A DNA stretch of 64,000 bases from Trypanosoma brucei (taxonomy: Eukaryota). Below are positions 43,816-55,504 of the stretch, piece by piece. Positions within the stretch are counted from its first letter, which is position 1; each line of letters opens with the position of its first letter. The position numbers and the translations under genes are program-made. A model generated the notes under the pieces. That model made no database searches and had not been told where the DNA came from. It saw only the letters and a program-made list of their open reading frames with translations. The DNA is taken from contig CH464491.1 of assembly GCA_000002445.1 (NCBI GenBank), positions 2,976,001 to 3,040,000 of the forward strand, in the 5' to 3' direction.

Positions 43816-45927
43816 AATATCTTCCGTTCGTACTCTCGTGAATGTTGGGACACTTTCTCGTTTTATTTTTGCTTTTTCTACTTGCTTTATCCACACTTTC
43901 TTTCCATGGGTGGATATTCCTTTTTATTTTTGTGCGGTGGTCTAAAAAGATGCTGAGTGGGAAAAGTTGCTGTTATTACTGAAAGTATATGTTTATGTTG
44001 AAACAAAAAAAAAAGAGGCAACAATTAAAATGTCTCATTTTTTCCATGAAGGCCTCTTTTACGAGAAGAAAGGATATATAACTGGCGGTTGAGGTCGTGT
44101 GCCTCAACCCCGGACGGTTTCTGTTTTTTGTTTTTAATCCCTTTTTGGTCACCAACGTGATCATTGTATCTGCTCGTCGTTGGTGCCGTGGTGATAAAAG
44201 TACGTTTAGGTGATGCGAAGCACGATGTAGGGAAGATGTGGTGGTGGCTGCGCTTGTATATGGACGTTGGGTTGAGGTTTTGCCGAATATACATATTTTT
44301 TTTTTCTACCGTTGCCCCCCCCCTCCCCACCACTTCTGAAATATTGGGAAGGCGAAAGTGTGAAGTGTTTGAGAAGTGGAGGATTGTGCCATGGCAGGCT
44401 TGTAATTTTGCGGTAGCCACGGCAGGTGAGTTGCTGCTGTGGGCGTGGGCGTGGGCGTGTGTATGTTGCTCGTACAATTGTTCTCTTGTTATTTTACGTG
44501 AGAGCATCTGCAGAGCACTAGCTCACGTCCAACCTTCTTCACTCCATGTAATGCTTAAGTTTTAATTTCACTCCTTTTTCTTTGTCAAAACCTACCCTGT
44601 TTTCACACGTCTTTACGCATCTCTTCCTTCTTTTCGAATTCGGTGTAATTTGTCTGTGTTGCTGTTTTACCTTCTTTTGGGGAATAACTTCTCAAATAAC
44701 TAAACAGGGAAGGAGGAGACGACATGAGGAAAGAACTCTGCAGGGCAAATGTGTAGAATCTCTGTTATACGTACGCCAAAAGACTTGTTCGTACAGAGCC
44801 AGAGGGGGTGATGATAAATTTTCTTGAAGATAGAGGAGAGTTAATGCATTTTTCATCTCATCCCTTTCCTTTTTCATCCCTCGTTTTTCCTCCTATTTGA
44901 TGTTTTCCTCCGCGGTGTTTCCGTAGCCGAACATGTCGTGTGGTGTGTGAAGGGGTGCGATCCTTTTCCCCATCATCAACAATGAAACAAGAGGAATGTG
45001 AAAAAGATAGGTGAAAGAACAGAGAGGAAAAGGGTGAGAAAACTGTGAGGGGGGGCCGTTTGGGCCAAGCAGCCCGTCTCATCGTGCCTTTCATACCTAT
45101 CGAATGTGGTGGTGTACCCCCTATCTTTTCTGTTTCTGTAAGGGGAATCTGACGGTACCCCTCTCTCTCTCTGTATGTGTGTGTGTAATTTCCTTTTGCC
45201 CTGCTTCCTGAGCCACAGCGGCCTCGAGGTGTAACTGAGCGTGATGTCTCTGCCTTCCCCTAGGCGGGGTCGGATGTAACTTTATGTGGAGAAAGAGATA
45301 GCCGATCGACTGATTTTGAAAGAAAAGAAGCCTTACCTCCATGTCTCGGAATTAGGGATGTGCCTGTACACGTATCTATGTATTTAAATGTAGTTGTGTT
45401 TAACATGGAGGGAAGAAAAGGAGGGAACAATGAAAGGACAGCAGACGGTGAGGGTAATGTGACACAATGTGATTGTAGGCACTCACTTGTACGGTAAGTG
45501 GAAGTGTTAGGTAGCAGATACGGATAAACATTTGCTGCCGGAGGAAGCAGTTTGGGGTTGTGGTGACTTTTCTTCTTTCTTTCTATTTTTTCTCTATTTT
45601 GCTGTTGTGGTTGTCAATGAAAAATGGTAGGAGAAGGTGCCGCTGCGCGCACTTTTTTGTTTCTCTTGTTATTTGGCTTTCAGATTTTATACCATATCTG
45701 TACTCTCACTGCAGCGGTTGCCTGTATTCTGTTGCACACCCTGTGGCACAAAGTCGCCCAAAACAACGGGAAACATTGCTTTGTGCATGCTACGGACGGG
45801 TAAAGTTTCGATAATACCATTTCGTACCTCACTGTTCCGTAAGCTTCAGGCACAGCCACCAGGATATTTGACACCTATCATTTTTTTATATTTCTTTTTT
45901 TTTTCCAATTTCAAAAGCGTCAACTTC

Positions 45928-48030
45928 ATGAGGAATGCGATGGCGGATGCGACGAGCAGCCACTTGGAAGGACCCACCACTCTTGTGTTTGTCTATGGTA
46001 CTCTCCAGCGTGGAGAGAACAACTACCCCTGGTGGTTGGCCAACCCACGGCATGCCGCCTTCATTACTGTGGCGATAACTAGGAGGCGGTATCCATTATT
46101 TGTCAACCTGCTTCCTGGGAGCAGTTCCTGTTCGCCCTGTTTACTCAACCTTCCGGAAGAAGGGGAGGAAGATTTTCCCGAAGGTAGTTTTGCAGGTGTT
46201 GATAGTGACGGTCGTGTGACGGCGCATCATGTCGTGGGTGAATTGTTTGCGGTCACGGAAACTATGAAACGGTGGCTTGATGTGCTGGAGGACGTGGAAA
46301 CAGGGTTATATAGCGTTGGTACCATAGATGTTGTTCCCCTCGGCAACGCGCAGTTTGTAGAGAGAGTACTGCTTGTCGGGGAGGGCGAGGCGATACGTGC
46401 GCTGGTTTACTTCCGTGAAAGGGATTATTCAGAGGACTGGAGGAGCCCTAGTCCCAAGTGCGGCTCGACGTTGTTGAGGCGATTTTCAGCATCGGAATGC
46501 GTGCGGATTTATGGTCACCGTTTCACTGGGTCGCCTGCCCACCTCCGGGGGGCGGTGGGGTTGAGGGAAGGCCTTGAGCGGATTGGTCACCGGAGTCCCA
46601 CAGCTACCCCCGTCAACCCGAAGCCCATCGTACTATTCATTATTGACGGGATTGGGGACGTCTCATATCCGGGGTTGGGTCATCGCACCCCTCTTGAGGT
46701 CGTCTCCGGTTGTCCCTCCCGTGGCGAGGGTAGTGGCGGCACTGGTCAAGGCGACGATGAAACATTCGATAAATTTGTAGCCCCTGGAATCAATGTGGTG
46801 ACACGACATGGTGTCAGTGGTGTCATGGATGTTTTTGAAGCTGGTGTCACTTGCGGCAGCGATACGGCACACTTGTCAATTTTCGGCTATCCCCCCCAGC
46901 AGTATTACAGGGGTCGCGGAGCATATGAAGCCTTGGGAGCGGGGTTGCACCTCGATGAGGGTGATATCGCCTTCAAATGTAATTTTTCTGTTTTAGATGA
47001 GAAGACAGGCATCGTGCTGAAGCGGCGCTGCGATCGCGACTTCACACGTGAGGGACCAATTCTTTGCGAGTTCCTTGACGGTCTGGTCGTTGAAGTCGAG
47101 CCCGAACACGAGATAGGCGAAGTGAAGACCCACACGCTGAAGGTGCGCTACGCGACAGAGCACCGCTGCGGTGTGGCCATCACTGGTAACGGCCTCTCAC
47201 ATAAGATCACAGGGACAGATCCTCTCGCTGATGATCGTCCGCTGCTTCACTGCAAACCGACTGTGTCACCTGGCCACGAGGAGTACGAGGCGGCACTTTA
47301 CACTAGCCGTGTTGTCAATGCGGCATCGGAGCGTGTGAACGAGTTACTGCGGTGCCACCCAATTAACGAAACCCGGCGCGTAGAAGGGAAACAAGTTGCA
47401 AATATTGTTCTTTTCCGCGGTGCCTCAAACAAGGGATGGGTTCCACCGTTTACGGTACGCCATGGACTTAACGGCTTCATCGTGAGTCCCACATGCATCA
47501 TAAAAGGATTAGGCATCTGTTGTGGACTAAGCTCCGTGGATGCGGAGGGGGCTACTGGCGATTGGGACACAAATGTCAACGCCAAAGTGGATGCCGTACT
47601 AAAGGAACTGGGAGTTGCGAATTTGTTGGAGAAAGGTAGCGGTGATAATACCGAAGAAATCACTGCATCTCCATACAATTTTGCTGTGCTCCATGTGAAG
47701 GGTGTCGATGACGCTGGGCATGAGTGCAGTTTAACGCACAAATTGGTGATGCTGAAGAAGTGTGGTGATGCCATGCAGCGGTTGTGGGATGCCCTTCCGA
47801 CCGGAAGCACAATGGTAGTGTTGGCAGACCATTCCACACCAATTTCGCTAGGGGACCACAGCTGTGAACCGGTGCCCGTTTCTCTGGCAACTAAGGGGTC
47901 TGAAATCACGGATGGTGTGCAGTTCTATAGCGAGGTCGAATGTGTTGCAGGAGCTCTCGGACGGTTCCGCGGTGAGGTTCTAATGGACGTTGTCAAGCGT
48001 GCGCACCATTGGTATCACTACCGCCAGTAA
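45928..48030 (+). CDS. Fusion protein: N-terminal GGCT/AIG2-like domain plus C-terminal archaeal-type cofactor-independent phosphoglycerate-mutase-like (ApgM / alkaline-phosphatase-superfamily metalloenzyme) domain
   Basis: N-terminus has TLVFVYGTLQRGENNYPWW (YGTL..G..N motif of gamma-glutamyl cyclotransferase-like proteins). The C-terminal two thirds has IVLFIIDGIGDVSYPGLGHRTPLEV and VVLADHSTPISLGDHS, matching the ApgM-type ..DG.GD.. and ADHSTP signatures. The ORF track starts at 45637; the start chosen here is the Met after the polypyrimidine tract. Confidence 0.6.
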   Translation: MRNAMADATSSHLEGPTTLVFVYGTLQRGENNYPWWLANPRHAAFITVAITRRRYPLFVNLLPGSSSCSPCLLNLPEEGEEDFPEGSFAGVDSDGRVTAHHVVGELFAVTETMKRWLDVLEDVETGLYSVGTIDVVPLGNAQFVERVLLVGEGEAIRALVYFRERDYSEDWRSPSPKCGSTLLRRFSASECVRIYGHRFTGSPAHLRGAVGLREGLERIGHRSPTATPVNPKPIVLFIIDGIGDVSYPGLGHRTPLEVVSGCPSRGEGSGGTGQGDDETFDKFVAPGINVVTRHGVSGVMDVFEAGVTCGSDTAHLSIFGYPPQQYYRGRGAYEALGAGLHLDEGDIAFKCNFSVLDEKTGIVLKRRCDRDFTREGPILCEFLDGLVVEVEPEHEIGEVKTHTLKVRYATEHRCGVAITGNGLSHKITGTDPLADDRPLLHCKPTVSPGHEEYEAALYTSRVVNAASERVNELLRCHPINETRRVEGKQVANIVLFRGASNKGWVPPFTVRHGLNGFIVSPTCIIKGLGICCGLSSVDAEGATGDWDTNVNAKVDAVLKELGVANLLEKGSGDNTEEITASPYNFAVLHVKGVDDAGHECSLTHKLVMLKKCGDAMQRLWDALPTGSTMVVLADHSTPISLGDHSCEPVPVSLATKGSEITDGVQFYSEVECVAGALGRFRGEVLMDVVKRAHHWYHYRQ

Positions 48031-48601
48031 CGGTGCAGCTGCCACAACTAATAAGCATGCGGGGGAAGAAAAATTTTCTTCTTGTGGATGCTTATCGGAT
48101 GCTCATCGCACACCGTTGGAAGAGTCAGGGTCGCTGGGGCGGTGCCTCCCGTGTAACTTCCACCGCGAGTCGGTTCCTCGTATATGCACTCGTAAATACG
48201 CTTTCTGTACTGTTTCCCCCTGAATCAGCACCTGTAAGTACTGTAGTTACCGCCATCTGCCGTCTTCTTTTTCTTATTTCGTGTGACTACTGATGTTTCC
48301 AGCCGGGGGCAACGAGCTTGCTTATATTTTTTTTTGCCAGGAGACTCTTCAGTAGGGGCGAAGGTTAATCAGGTATAGGAAAGAGAAAGCATATATTCCC
48401 TATCTGTTGTTTTGTACTCGATTCCGTGCCGAAGGTGCTAGCAAACTTTAAGTAAAGCGCGCACTGGTGCTGTTTGCTCCTTTGCCCTCGCGGCCGACGT
48501 CACCGTAATAGGAACTGCCCAGGAAGGAGCAGAGATCGGCCTGGGAAGCGTCAAAATCCCAACCCCAGCGGACTGTTTGCCGAGATGTAAACAACTCTGC
48601 G

Positions 48602-50392
48602 GTGGCAGGGGATGAGGAAGATGGGGGCGAGGAGGTTGGCGGAGATGGCAGTAGTGGTAGTAGAGACAGTAGTTATAATCAACCGCCTAATACTATTATG
48701 AACGATCTGTCCGCAGTCGGCGACCGCAGCAGCAGCGCAGTGACGGAAGGTAGTGCAATCTCTAGTGGCTCTGGTGGCACCGCGGCGGCTACAAGCAGCG
48801 ATTGTACTCCAACCACCTCCCGTGCTCGAAGTGTGGTTCAGGAGCAGCTGTCTCGGACAACTTCACTTCTTGAAGATGTCCATCCGTGTGTGCAGGCAAC
48901 TGGTGGTGACCTTGGTAAGGACTCGACGAGTGACCTGGGTTGCCCCTATGCGGTTACAGTCGGAAGGACGCCCCACCGGGAGCTGGGGCCGCCCCCCTCA
49001 GGGGGGGGTTCGGCGACGACGCTAAACACTGGGAATTCTGAAGTCCCTGCGGCGACGCATCTCCCCCAACAAGGCGGGGAGCATGAGCTGAACCTCGATG
49101 CGTGCATTCATCCCAAACAAGTGGCCTTTCTCACTGGAATCGGGGAAATGGTACGGCAGCATGCTCGTCAGCACAGGCAGCAGAACCGCGCCACCAGGAG
49201 ACGTGACGACGCCTCGGCATGCAGCAGCTCCTGTTCCGACACAGAACGTCATGCAGCCCGACTTTCTGTTGGAGCACTGATTAGCGCTGAAGGACAGCGC
49301 GTTCGCATGCATCTTGTGCAGGCAGCAGCTTCGGCGTCGTCATCTGGTTGCCAAGCGGACAGCAGTAGCTCCGAAAAACGGAGTTGCGAGGGAATTTGTG
49401 GCCGCTATCAGACAGCCTTCAGTCTTTGCACAATTATTTCTGCCTTTCAACCCCGTAAGGCTTCCTATTGGCAGGATGACCACCTTGTGGAGCCCTATCA
49501 CGGCGAAAGTTATGGACCCATTGCACAGCGCTCTCGTTTCAATAAAAGCGATGACAACAGCGTTAGTGGGGAAAGGGACGATGATGTTAACAGAAGTGGT
49601 CCCGCGGCCGACGGTGGCCTTCTGTGCAATGCCGCGTCCTCCGCGGAGAACGGCGACTATAACGATGAGAACTTTGAACCAGCAGACGGCGCACCGAGCG
49701 ATGTTGCGGATGATGATCGTGCGATGAGATCCTACGGCAAGATGCTGATCCACAATGGTTGTCGCAGCGACAATGTCTTTAGTGACGCCTTTTTCCTCGA
49801 TAAGGGCAACATTACCGGTGGAGAGCGACGCAAGAAGCTGATCGTTTTGCACTCCTACCGTGCCTCTGTTATCTCTTTTGTTGACAAAAAAGTTCTGAAG
49901 AAGGACATCAACAATCACTTCTACGTTCAGCACCCAGAGTTGGAGGTTCGTGAAATCAAGCTAACTCACATGCGAGCTATACGCACGGATTTGCTGAATC
50001 TCGCGTTGGAAGAGAATTCTCCAGTTGAATTAGCCACCGTGGCGTATGCAAACTGGTACTTTGAGCGGCTTATCATGCGCGGAATGGTTGGTAAGCGGAA
50101 CCGTCGTCTTGCGCTTGCCGTCTGTCTTTTGTTGGCAATCAAATTTGTCGAGACAGGTGATGTACACCGCAAGATACAGTATCTGAAGGCGCGCATTCGG
50201 CACGACGACGCATTCAAGGGGGTGACGTGGCAGAAAACACAAGAGTGGGAGTTCTGTGCGTACGTTGGGCTCGAGTTTACACTTCTTCCTTCCCCCGGAA
50301 ACCGTGTTGTCGAAACTCACCTGGAGCGGTTACTTGCTCAAGTGAACTTGACATCCCAAGAGTATTACAGTAAGAAGTTTGCGTGGCCCTAA
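48602..50392 (+). CDS. Cyclin-fold protein (PHO80-like cyclin domain at C-terminus) with long low-complexity N-terminal extension
   Basis: 596-aa ORF. The C-terminal about 200 aa (LATVAYANWYFERLIMRGMVGKRNRRLALAVCLLLAIKFVETGDV...) fits a cyclin box. The N-terminal 350 aa is S/G/A/D-rich low complexity. Confidence 0.5.
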   Translation: MAGDEEDGGEEVGGDGSSGSRDSSYNQPPNTIMNDLSAVGDRSSSAVTEGSAISSGSGGTAAATSSDCTPTTSRARSVVQEQLSRTTSLLEDVHPCVQATGGDLGKDSTSDLGCPYAVTVGRTPHRELGPPPSGGGSATTLNTGNSEVPAATHLPQQGGEHELNLDACIHPKQVAFLTGIGEMVRQHARQHRQQNRATRRRDDASACSSSCSDTERHAARLSVGALISAEGQRVRMHLVQAAASASSSGCQADSSSSEKRSCEGICGRYQTAFSLCTIISAFQPRKASYWQDDHLVEPYHGESYGPIAQRSRFNKSDDNSVSGERDDDVNRSGPAADGGLLCNAASSAENGDYNDENFEPADGAPSDVADDDRAMRSYGKMLIHNGCRSDNVFSDAFFLDKGNITGGERRKKLIVLHSYRASVISFVDKKVLKKDINNHFYVQHPELEVREIKLTHMRAIRTDLLNLALEENSPVELATVAYANWYFERLIMRGMVGKRNRRLALAVCLLLAIKFVETGDVHRKIQYLKARIRHDDAFKGVTWQKTQEWEFCAYVGLEFTLLPSPGNRVVETHLERLLAQVNLTSQEYYSKKFAWP

Positions 50393-51758
50393 TGACAGTT
50401 AGACGAGGAAAAGTAGGAGTAGTGAAGGCATAAGGAGATAACACGGTTTGGAGTAGGAAGTACAGATATAAAGCACGAGAGAAAGAAGGAAAAAACCATT
50501 GGCAGAGATAAACCTTGGGATACAGGAAGTGCTTGTTGACGTGTTAAGGGAGACGACTCTTCCGTTACTATACTATGCAGTCAAGGTTACTAGTGGAAAC
50601 AAGGAGAGGTAATTTTTTTTTTTGAATCTGCGGCGATGGCTGCGCTTGACTTCTAATTCTTCGGGGGGGGGGGAGTAGAGGGAGAAAGGATAAAAGAAGG
50701 GTGTAGCAAGGACGGTTCAAAATAGCAGCTCCCCGCCCCTGTATTCACAGCCTGCCCGTCCGGAACGTATATGACTGCATGTCAGTATCTGTGTGAGTTT
50801 CTCGTGACATGAAAGATGGGGCTGGGCGGAAGTTGCTGTAGCACCACGTGAACCGTGGGTGAGAAAGACAAAAACAGCTCAGTATCGCCCGACTGGCTTC
50901 CGGATCCTCCGCATCTCGGTTGTCATTCATTTTTTTTATTTTTATTTGTTTTCCATCGGCAGACGCTAGAGAGAGATTTGTGAGGATTGTAGAAGCGAAG
51001 GGAGAGGAGCGATGGTACATTTCCAAGTATTAACGACTGCGTGGGTGGTGGTAAATGACAGTGAGGCTCCATGGGTTGAGGAGAAAAAGAGAGAACATGG
51101 AAAAGTGCTAGTTGTAGTTGAGCTATGGAGAGCACATTCTCAAGTGTTACGCACGTTTAGCCGCGTAAACTTTTGTTGTTTTAGAGTACGCATGCTTCGC
51201 TTCCATCACTTCCGCAGTCATCGCTTTCTTTGCCTTTTGTTGCACAGCTTCATTTGTTGATTTTGCGACTGCAAATAATGTGTAACTCAGCGGACGCGTC
51301 GTCCAAAGGAAAAAAAAACAACAACAACTCAGGGGCGCAAGAAAGCGAGACTCGCTGCCGTTTTCGTTGGTGTGCGGTGGATTGAATAAACTCTTTGCAA
51401 TCAGGAAGGTGTGTGTATCAGTCTCAGTTTTATCCTCCTCACTACATGCTCATGTAGAGCTATTGCTTCGGTGTTTCGGGAGGGGGTAATGTTTTATTCT
51501 CCCTTTTGGCGTTGTTCTGGTTTCCAATCTGCAGAGAGAATCTTTTGTTGCCGCAACCGTTAACGATCTTTGATTCGCATGAATATTACCGATGAACGGT
51601 GATACATTCGTAGTTGTTTGTTCTTTTATGTGTTTCATACTGAGAGCAGGTACCTATGAATTGCTTACAGCTAAGAGTAGTGTCAATTCGCAACGAAAGG
51701 GTGTAGTCGGTGGAAAATAAAGCGTGGGTAGCTCGTTTGGTTTGGGAAGGACTCGCCG

Positions 51759-52640
51759 ATGGCAAACTGTACGACTCAGGCATCCGATGAGGAGAATGGT
51801 TTGGCGTTTCTGTGTTGGCGTCGTTGCTTGTCGCTGCTCCTTCCCTCCCACTGCGCAGTGCAAGGGAAGACCGTTGACGAGATGTGGATGCGGTACATTT
51901 TTGACCGATACACGGAGCCACAAAGGTACTATCACACAATGGCACATGTTGAAGAGATGTTGAATTACTTTCTTCAATACCAGAAGGGAACCCGCCCAGA
52001 TCATAGGCTGCCAGAGGACGGTGCGAGGTGTCTCGCTTTGGAACTTGCGGTACTGTTCCATGATGTTGTGTACGACCCGAAGCGCGGTGACAACGAGGAG
52101 TGCAGCGCAGATTGGTTCTCTGCCTTCTGGGAGGAGTGCCGAGAATTGGCTGTTTCATGGGAAACTAAGATGACAAGTGGAGACGATCGGTTACAGCAGC
52201 AGCAGAGGGAGAAGTTGATATGGCACAACGCCAAGGCCGCTATGGACATTAAGATGACAGTGGTGGATTTTATTCTCCGTACGAAGCACCACATGTCTGT
52301 CGAACCGTGTTACAGGAGAGACTTGCCTGGCGGGGGCGAGGGCGCTTTGGAGACGGGAAACCCACCACCGGATCTTCATTTGTTTCTTGACCTCGACTTG
52401 GCAATCCTTGGAAGTGAAGCCGACAGGTACATGCGGTATGCGAGTGATGTGAGACGAGAATACGCGTGGTACAGCGATGAAGAATTTTCGCGGGGTCGCA
52501 TTGCCTTTTTACAAGGGTTTCTGAATTACCCGCAGTGGTACAAAACTAAATATTTTTGCGATGCGATGGAGGAAACGGCGAGAGCCAACGTAACGGCAGA
52601 GCTAAAGTTGTTGGAGGAACGGCTTGGGAGAACCGCGTAA
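51759..52640 (+). CDS. HD-superfamily metal-dependent phosphohydrolase-like protein
   Basis: 293-aa ORF. YHTMAHVEEML and LAVLFHDVVYDP are consistent with an HD motif pair (H...HD). Otherwise uncharacterised. Confidence 0.4.
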   Translation: MANCTTQASDEENGLAFLCWRRCLSLLLPSHCAVQGKTVDEMWMRYIFDRYTEPQRYYHTMAHVEEMLNYFLQYQKGTRPDHRLPEDGARCLALELAVLFHDVVYDPKRGDNEECSADWFSAFWEECRELAVSWETKMTSGDDRLQQQQREKLIWHNAKAAMDIKMTVVDFILRTKHHMSVEPCYRRDLPGGGEGALETGNPPPDLHLFLDLDLAILGSEADRYMRYASDVRREYAWYSDEEFSRGRIAFLQGFLNYPQWYKTKYFCDAMEETARANVTAELKLLEERLGRTA

Positions 52641-53095
52641 TTCCTTGTGTTCATTTCGTCTGTGCGCGTGGGCTAGGGTTTGCTCCTGCGTTTCGTCAGT
52701 TATTTTCCCACAGCCCTGCCACTTGCATCAAAACAGAACCCATTCAGTTTGGTGACTTATTTTACCTCGTTATGCTTGACTTTTGGCTCTAACGCGTTAT
52801 CTTTGCATTGCGTTGTAGTAATTGTGGCTTCTCGTTGCCCTCTTCCAGGCGTTTCTGCGCAGCGTGTAGCTCGTGATGTAGGGCGCAAGCTTTCGATCCC
52901 TCCCACACATCTGTCTGTTTCTTCATAACGGCTTCTTACAATTATATGCTCTCGTTCTCCTTTGTCTACATTCCCCCCCCCATTGCTAACTCATTGCCGT
53001 CGTTTGATGATAACCACCGTCCTGTCCACCATCTTTATTGTGATGCGTGGGGAAATAGACTCCATTAACGCACAATTGTATTCGATAACAGCAGT

Positions 53096-53752
53096 ATGTC
53101 TGAGTTCCAAAGGTTTGTTAAGCTTCTTGAGCAGACAGATGGCCGCGACAAGATTCTAAAGGCATTTTCTGGTGTCTTTAAGGCACTTGGCTCCCTCGAC
53201 ACCTGTCAGAGCCGCTCAAGTGCGTTTGGCGCCGTCGGGAAGTCTATTGGAGACGCCCGTTGTCTCCTTCGTATGGCGAAGTGGGTGGGTGATGTGCCCA
53301 AGATGCAGAATACCATTCAGGATTGCAGGGCAAAGGGCAAGGTCAACATGAAAGAGGTCTTGAAGTTCCTCCGCGTGCTGTGCAACTTCCTCTATGTGCT
53401 CGGCGACAATGTGGCCTTCGTCGCCCGCTACAATTTGTTGGCTTTGCGGCACAAGAGCATCCACCTAAAGGCAAAAACAGCGCAATTCTGGGGATTCTTC
53501 CTTGCCGCTGTGCTTGATGTTGTTGCCCTTTACGGTGCGCTTCAGAAGCGTGCGAGTGACCCCGCCACAAGCAAGAAGGAGATGAAGGCAGCACTTATCA
53601 GTTTCGTAAAGGATGCCTCGGACACCCTCGTAACAATGGCCTTTGTTGGTTACCTCCGTGAAGTCTGGCGACCCAGCGCGACAACTTCTGGAGCTCTCAC
53701 TGCAGTTGCTGGTGGTGTTGCAACGTATTTGAACTGGAACAAGATCAAATAG
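53096..53752 (+). CDS. PEX11: Peroxin-11 (PEX11) family glycosomal/peroxisomal membrane protein
   Basis: 218-aa ORF with an N-terminal amphipathic region containing the PEX11-family motif ..LEQTDGRDKILKAF.., then two predicted membrane-associated helices. The size matches PEX11. Confidence 0.65.
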   Translation: MSEFQRFVKLLEQTDGRDKILKAFSGVFKALGSLDTCQSRSSAFGAVGKSIGDARCLLRMAKWVGDVPKMQNTIQDCRAKGKVNMKEVLKFLRVLCNFLYVLGDNVAFVARYNLLALRHKSIHLKAKTAQFWGFFLAAVLDVVALYGALQKRASDPATSKKEMKAALISFVKDASDTLVTMAFVGYLREVWRPSATTSGALTAVAGGVATYLNWNKIK

Positions 53753-55504
53753 ACAAGGGTCACAGGCTGCCAGCCGCCGGAAACTGGCTGCTGCGCGATG
53801 TGAAAAGGAGAGAAGAAAAGTGAAAAAAACATAAAGGAAGAAAGGGTTATTGATAGCGGCAATACGCGTTCACGCCAATTTGCAAGTAGGTGCTAGGCAC
53901 TGGAGGGGGTGAATAAACGGGTGAGAAAGCAGCAAAGAGACAATGTTTATATATATATATATATATGTTCATCATCCCGAGTTGTGATGCAACGCCTAGA
54001 GGAAAGGATGAGGTGGAAGTGTCCGCTCGCATGCGCATATTTATTTACTCATTTTTTTTATAATTAACTTAAACAAGAGAAGGGATCCCCCGTTCATTCT
54101 CCAAATATATTTGGAGTGGGGTCTGGTCATGAGAGAGTGCTTTTCTCACTGTTTTGTTCATTTTTCTTTACCCACTCTTGGCTGACTCCAAAAAAAAAAC
54201 TTGGAGCGAGGAGAAAGAAAAAGAGGGGGGTGATAGGGGATAGTGGGGGGAAGAGAGTAAAATGTGCAGTGAGAAGGCCACCAGAACCGAAATGAGTAAT
54301 GTAAAGGAGAGACCTGTGGAGTGTGGGAATGGGGTACTCCACACAGATAGATAAGTGGCCACAGACCGGCCACTCGTCGGTGTGTGCGGGTAGTGTATGA
54401 TATGCCGCTGCAGGCAAACTGAAAGCAAAAAAATTAACGGAGATATCCCAATAAGGACAAATATGGAAACAACGACATCTTCTTTTTCCTTTCCTTTACT
54501 TCTAAGAAGCTGCGAAGGTATGCAAGGATAGTTATGAACGAGAAGGGAAGGTTCTCAAGGTGCGACATCTATGTGTCTAATATCATTCCATCATGCGCGC
54601 AGCTTCGCAGGTAAACGTTGGGAGAGGGAGAAGTGAGGCTATGGGAGAACGGTGCAGCTCCAGCAACTGCTGGAGCTGCAGTGTATGTGCTTGCATCTTT
54701 GATCCTTCGTGTTTCCGTGTAACGCTGCGAAACTTTTCTCGGTACCCCACCCTTTTTTTTGTTGTTGTACCGGCTTCATTAAGGTTGCGTGCTGAAGACC
54801 TCTTAAGTTTTGAGATGTGGAAACTGGACGGCGTGCTCGGCAATTGGCGGTATTGCCTCCAGCACGCGGCCAGCTTTATGCATTGGCTCCCTCCTCCTCT
54901 ATCATCACCATCTTTATGGCTAACACTTTTGGAGATTGCGTGTTAATGATGTTCTTGTCCTTTTGGTTGCCTCTTAGTGCTGGCCGCTTATTCTGTCGGT
55001 TGATGCAATTTCGTACATGCTTTATTATTGTGGTGATGTTAGTGGAAGTACTTCCCACGCCGGTTGCCGGTTAACTTTAAATGCCCCATTCCTCTTCCTG
55101 TTCATATTGTTATCTTTACATCATCGTTTTGCTTTCGTATTTTTTTGTTCGTAGGACCGCTGTCTGGTAAGTACAGATTAATTCGAGCGAACGTGGGGGC
55201 GACAACGGGTGGGTCGGGGCTATGTAAGGCCAGGTGCTAGACTTCTCCGCATCGGCAGTGTGTTAAAGAGCACGGTTTCTTACATCGTGGAAGGATGTGG
55301 GATTGTCGCTACCCTTGTTAATGAATTTCATCTTGCACACAGTTTTTTCGAAGTTGTTTTGTTAACCTTTCTTACGTATATTCGGCCGCAATCTTTTTAA
55401 AAAGTGTTTTCCACTCCCTCCACCGCCTTCATTCATTTCTCCACGCCCACCGGCAACATAGCTGTAGCGGTTTTGTGATCGGAGGTTGAGAGTTCTGTTG
55501 CCTA

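Noticed and set aside
41976-43853. Long minus-strand ORFs (302, 512, 288 aa) across the coiled-coil repeat gene
   Set aside because: They are S/L/F-rich, low-complexity reverse-complement frames of an E/R/K-rich repeat. They owe their length to the repeat periodicity, and the + frame has the coherent heptad-like protein.
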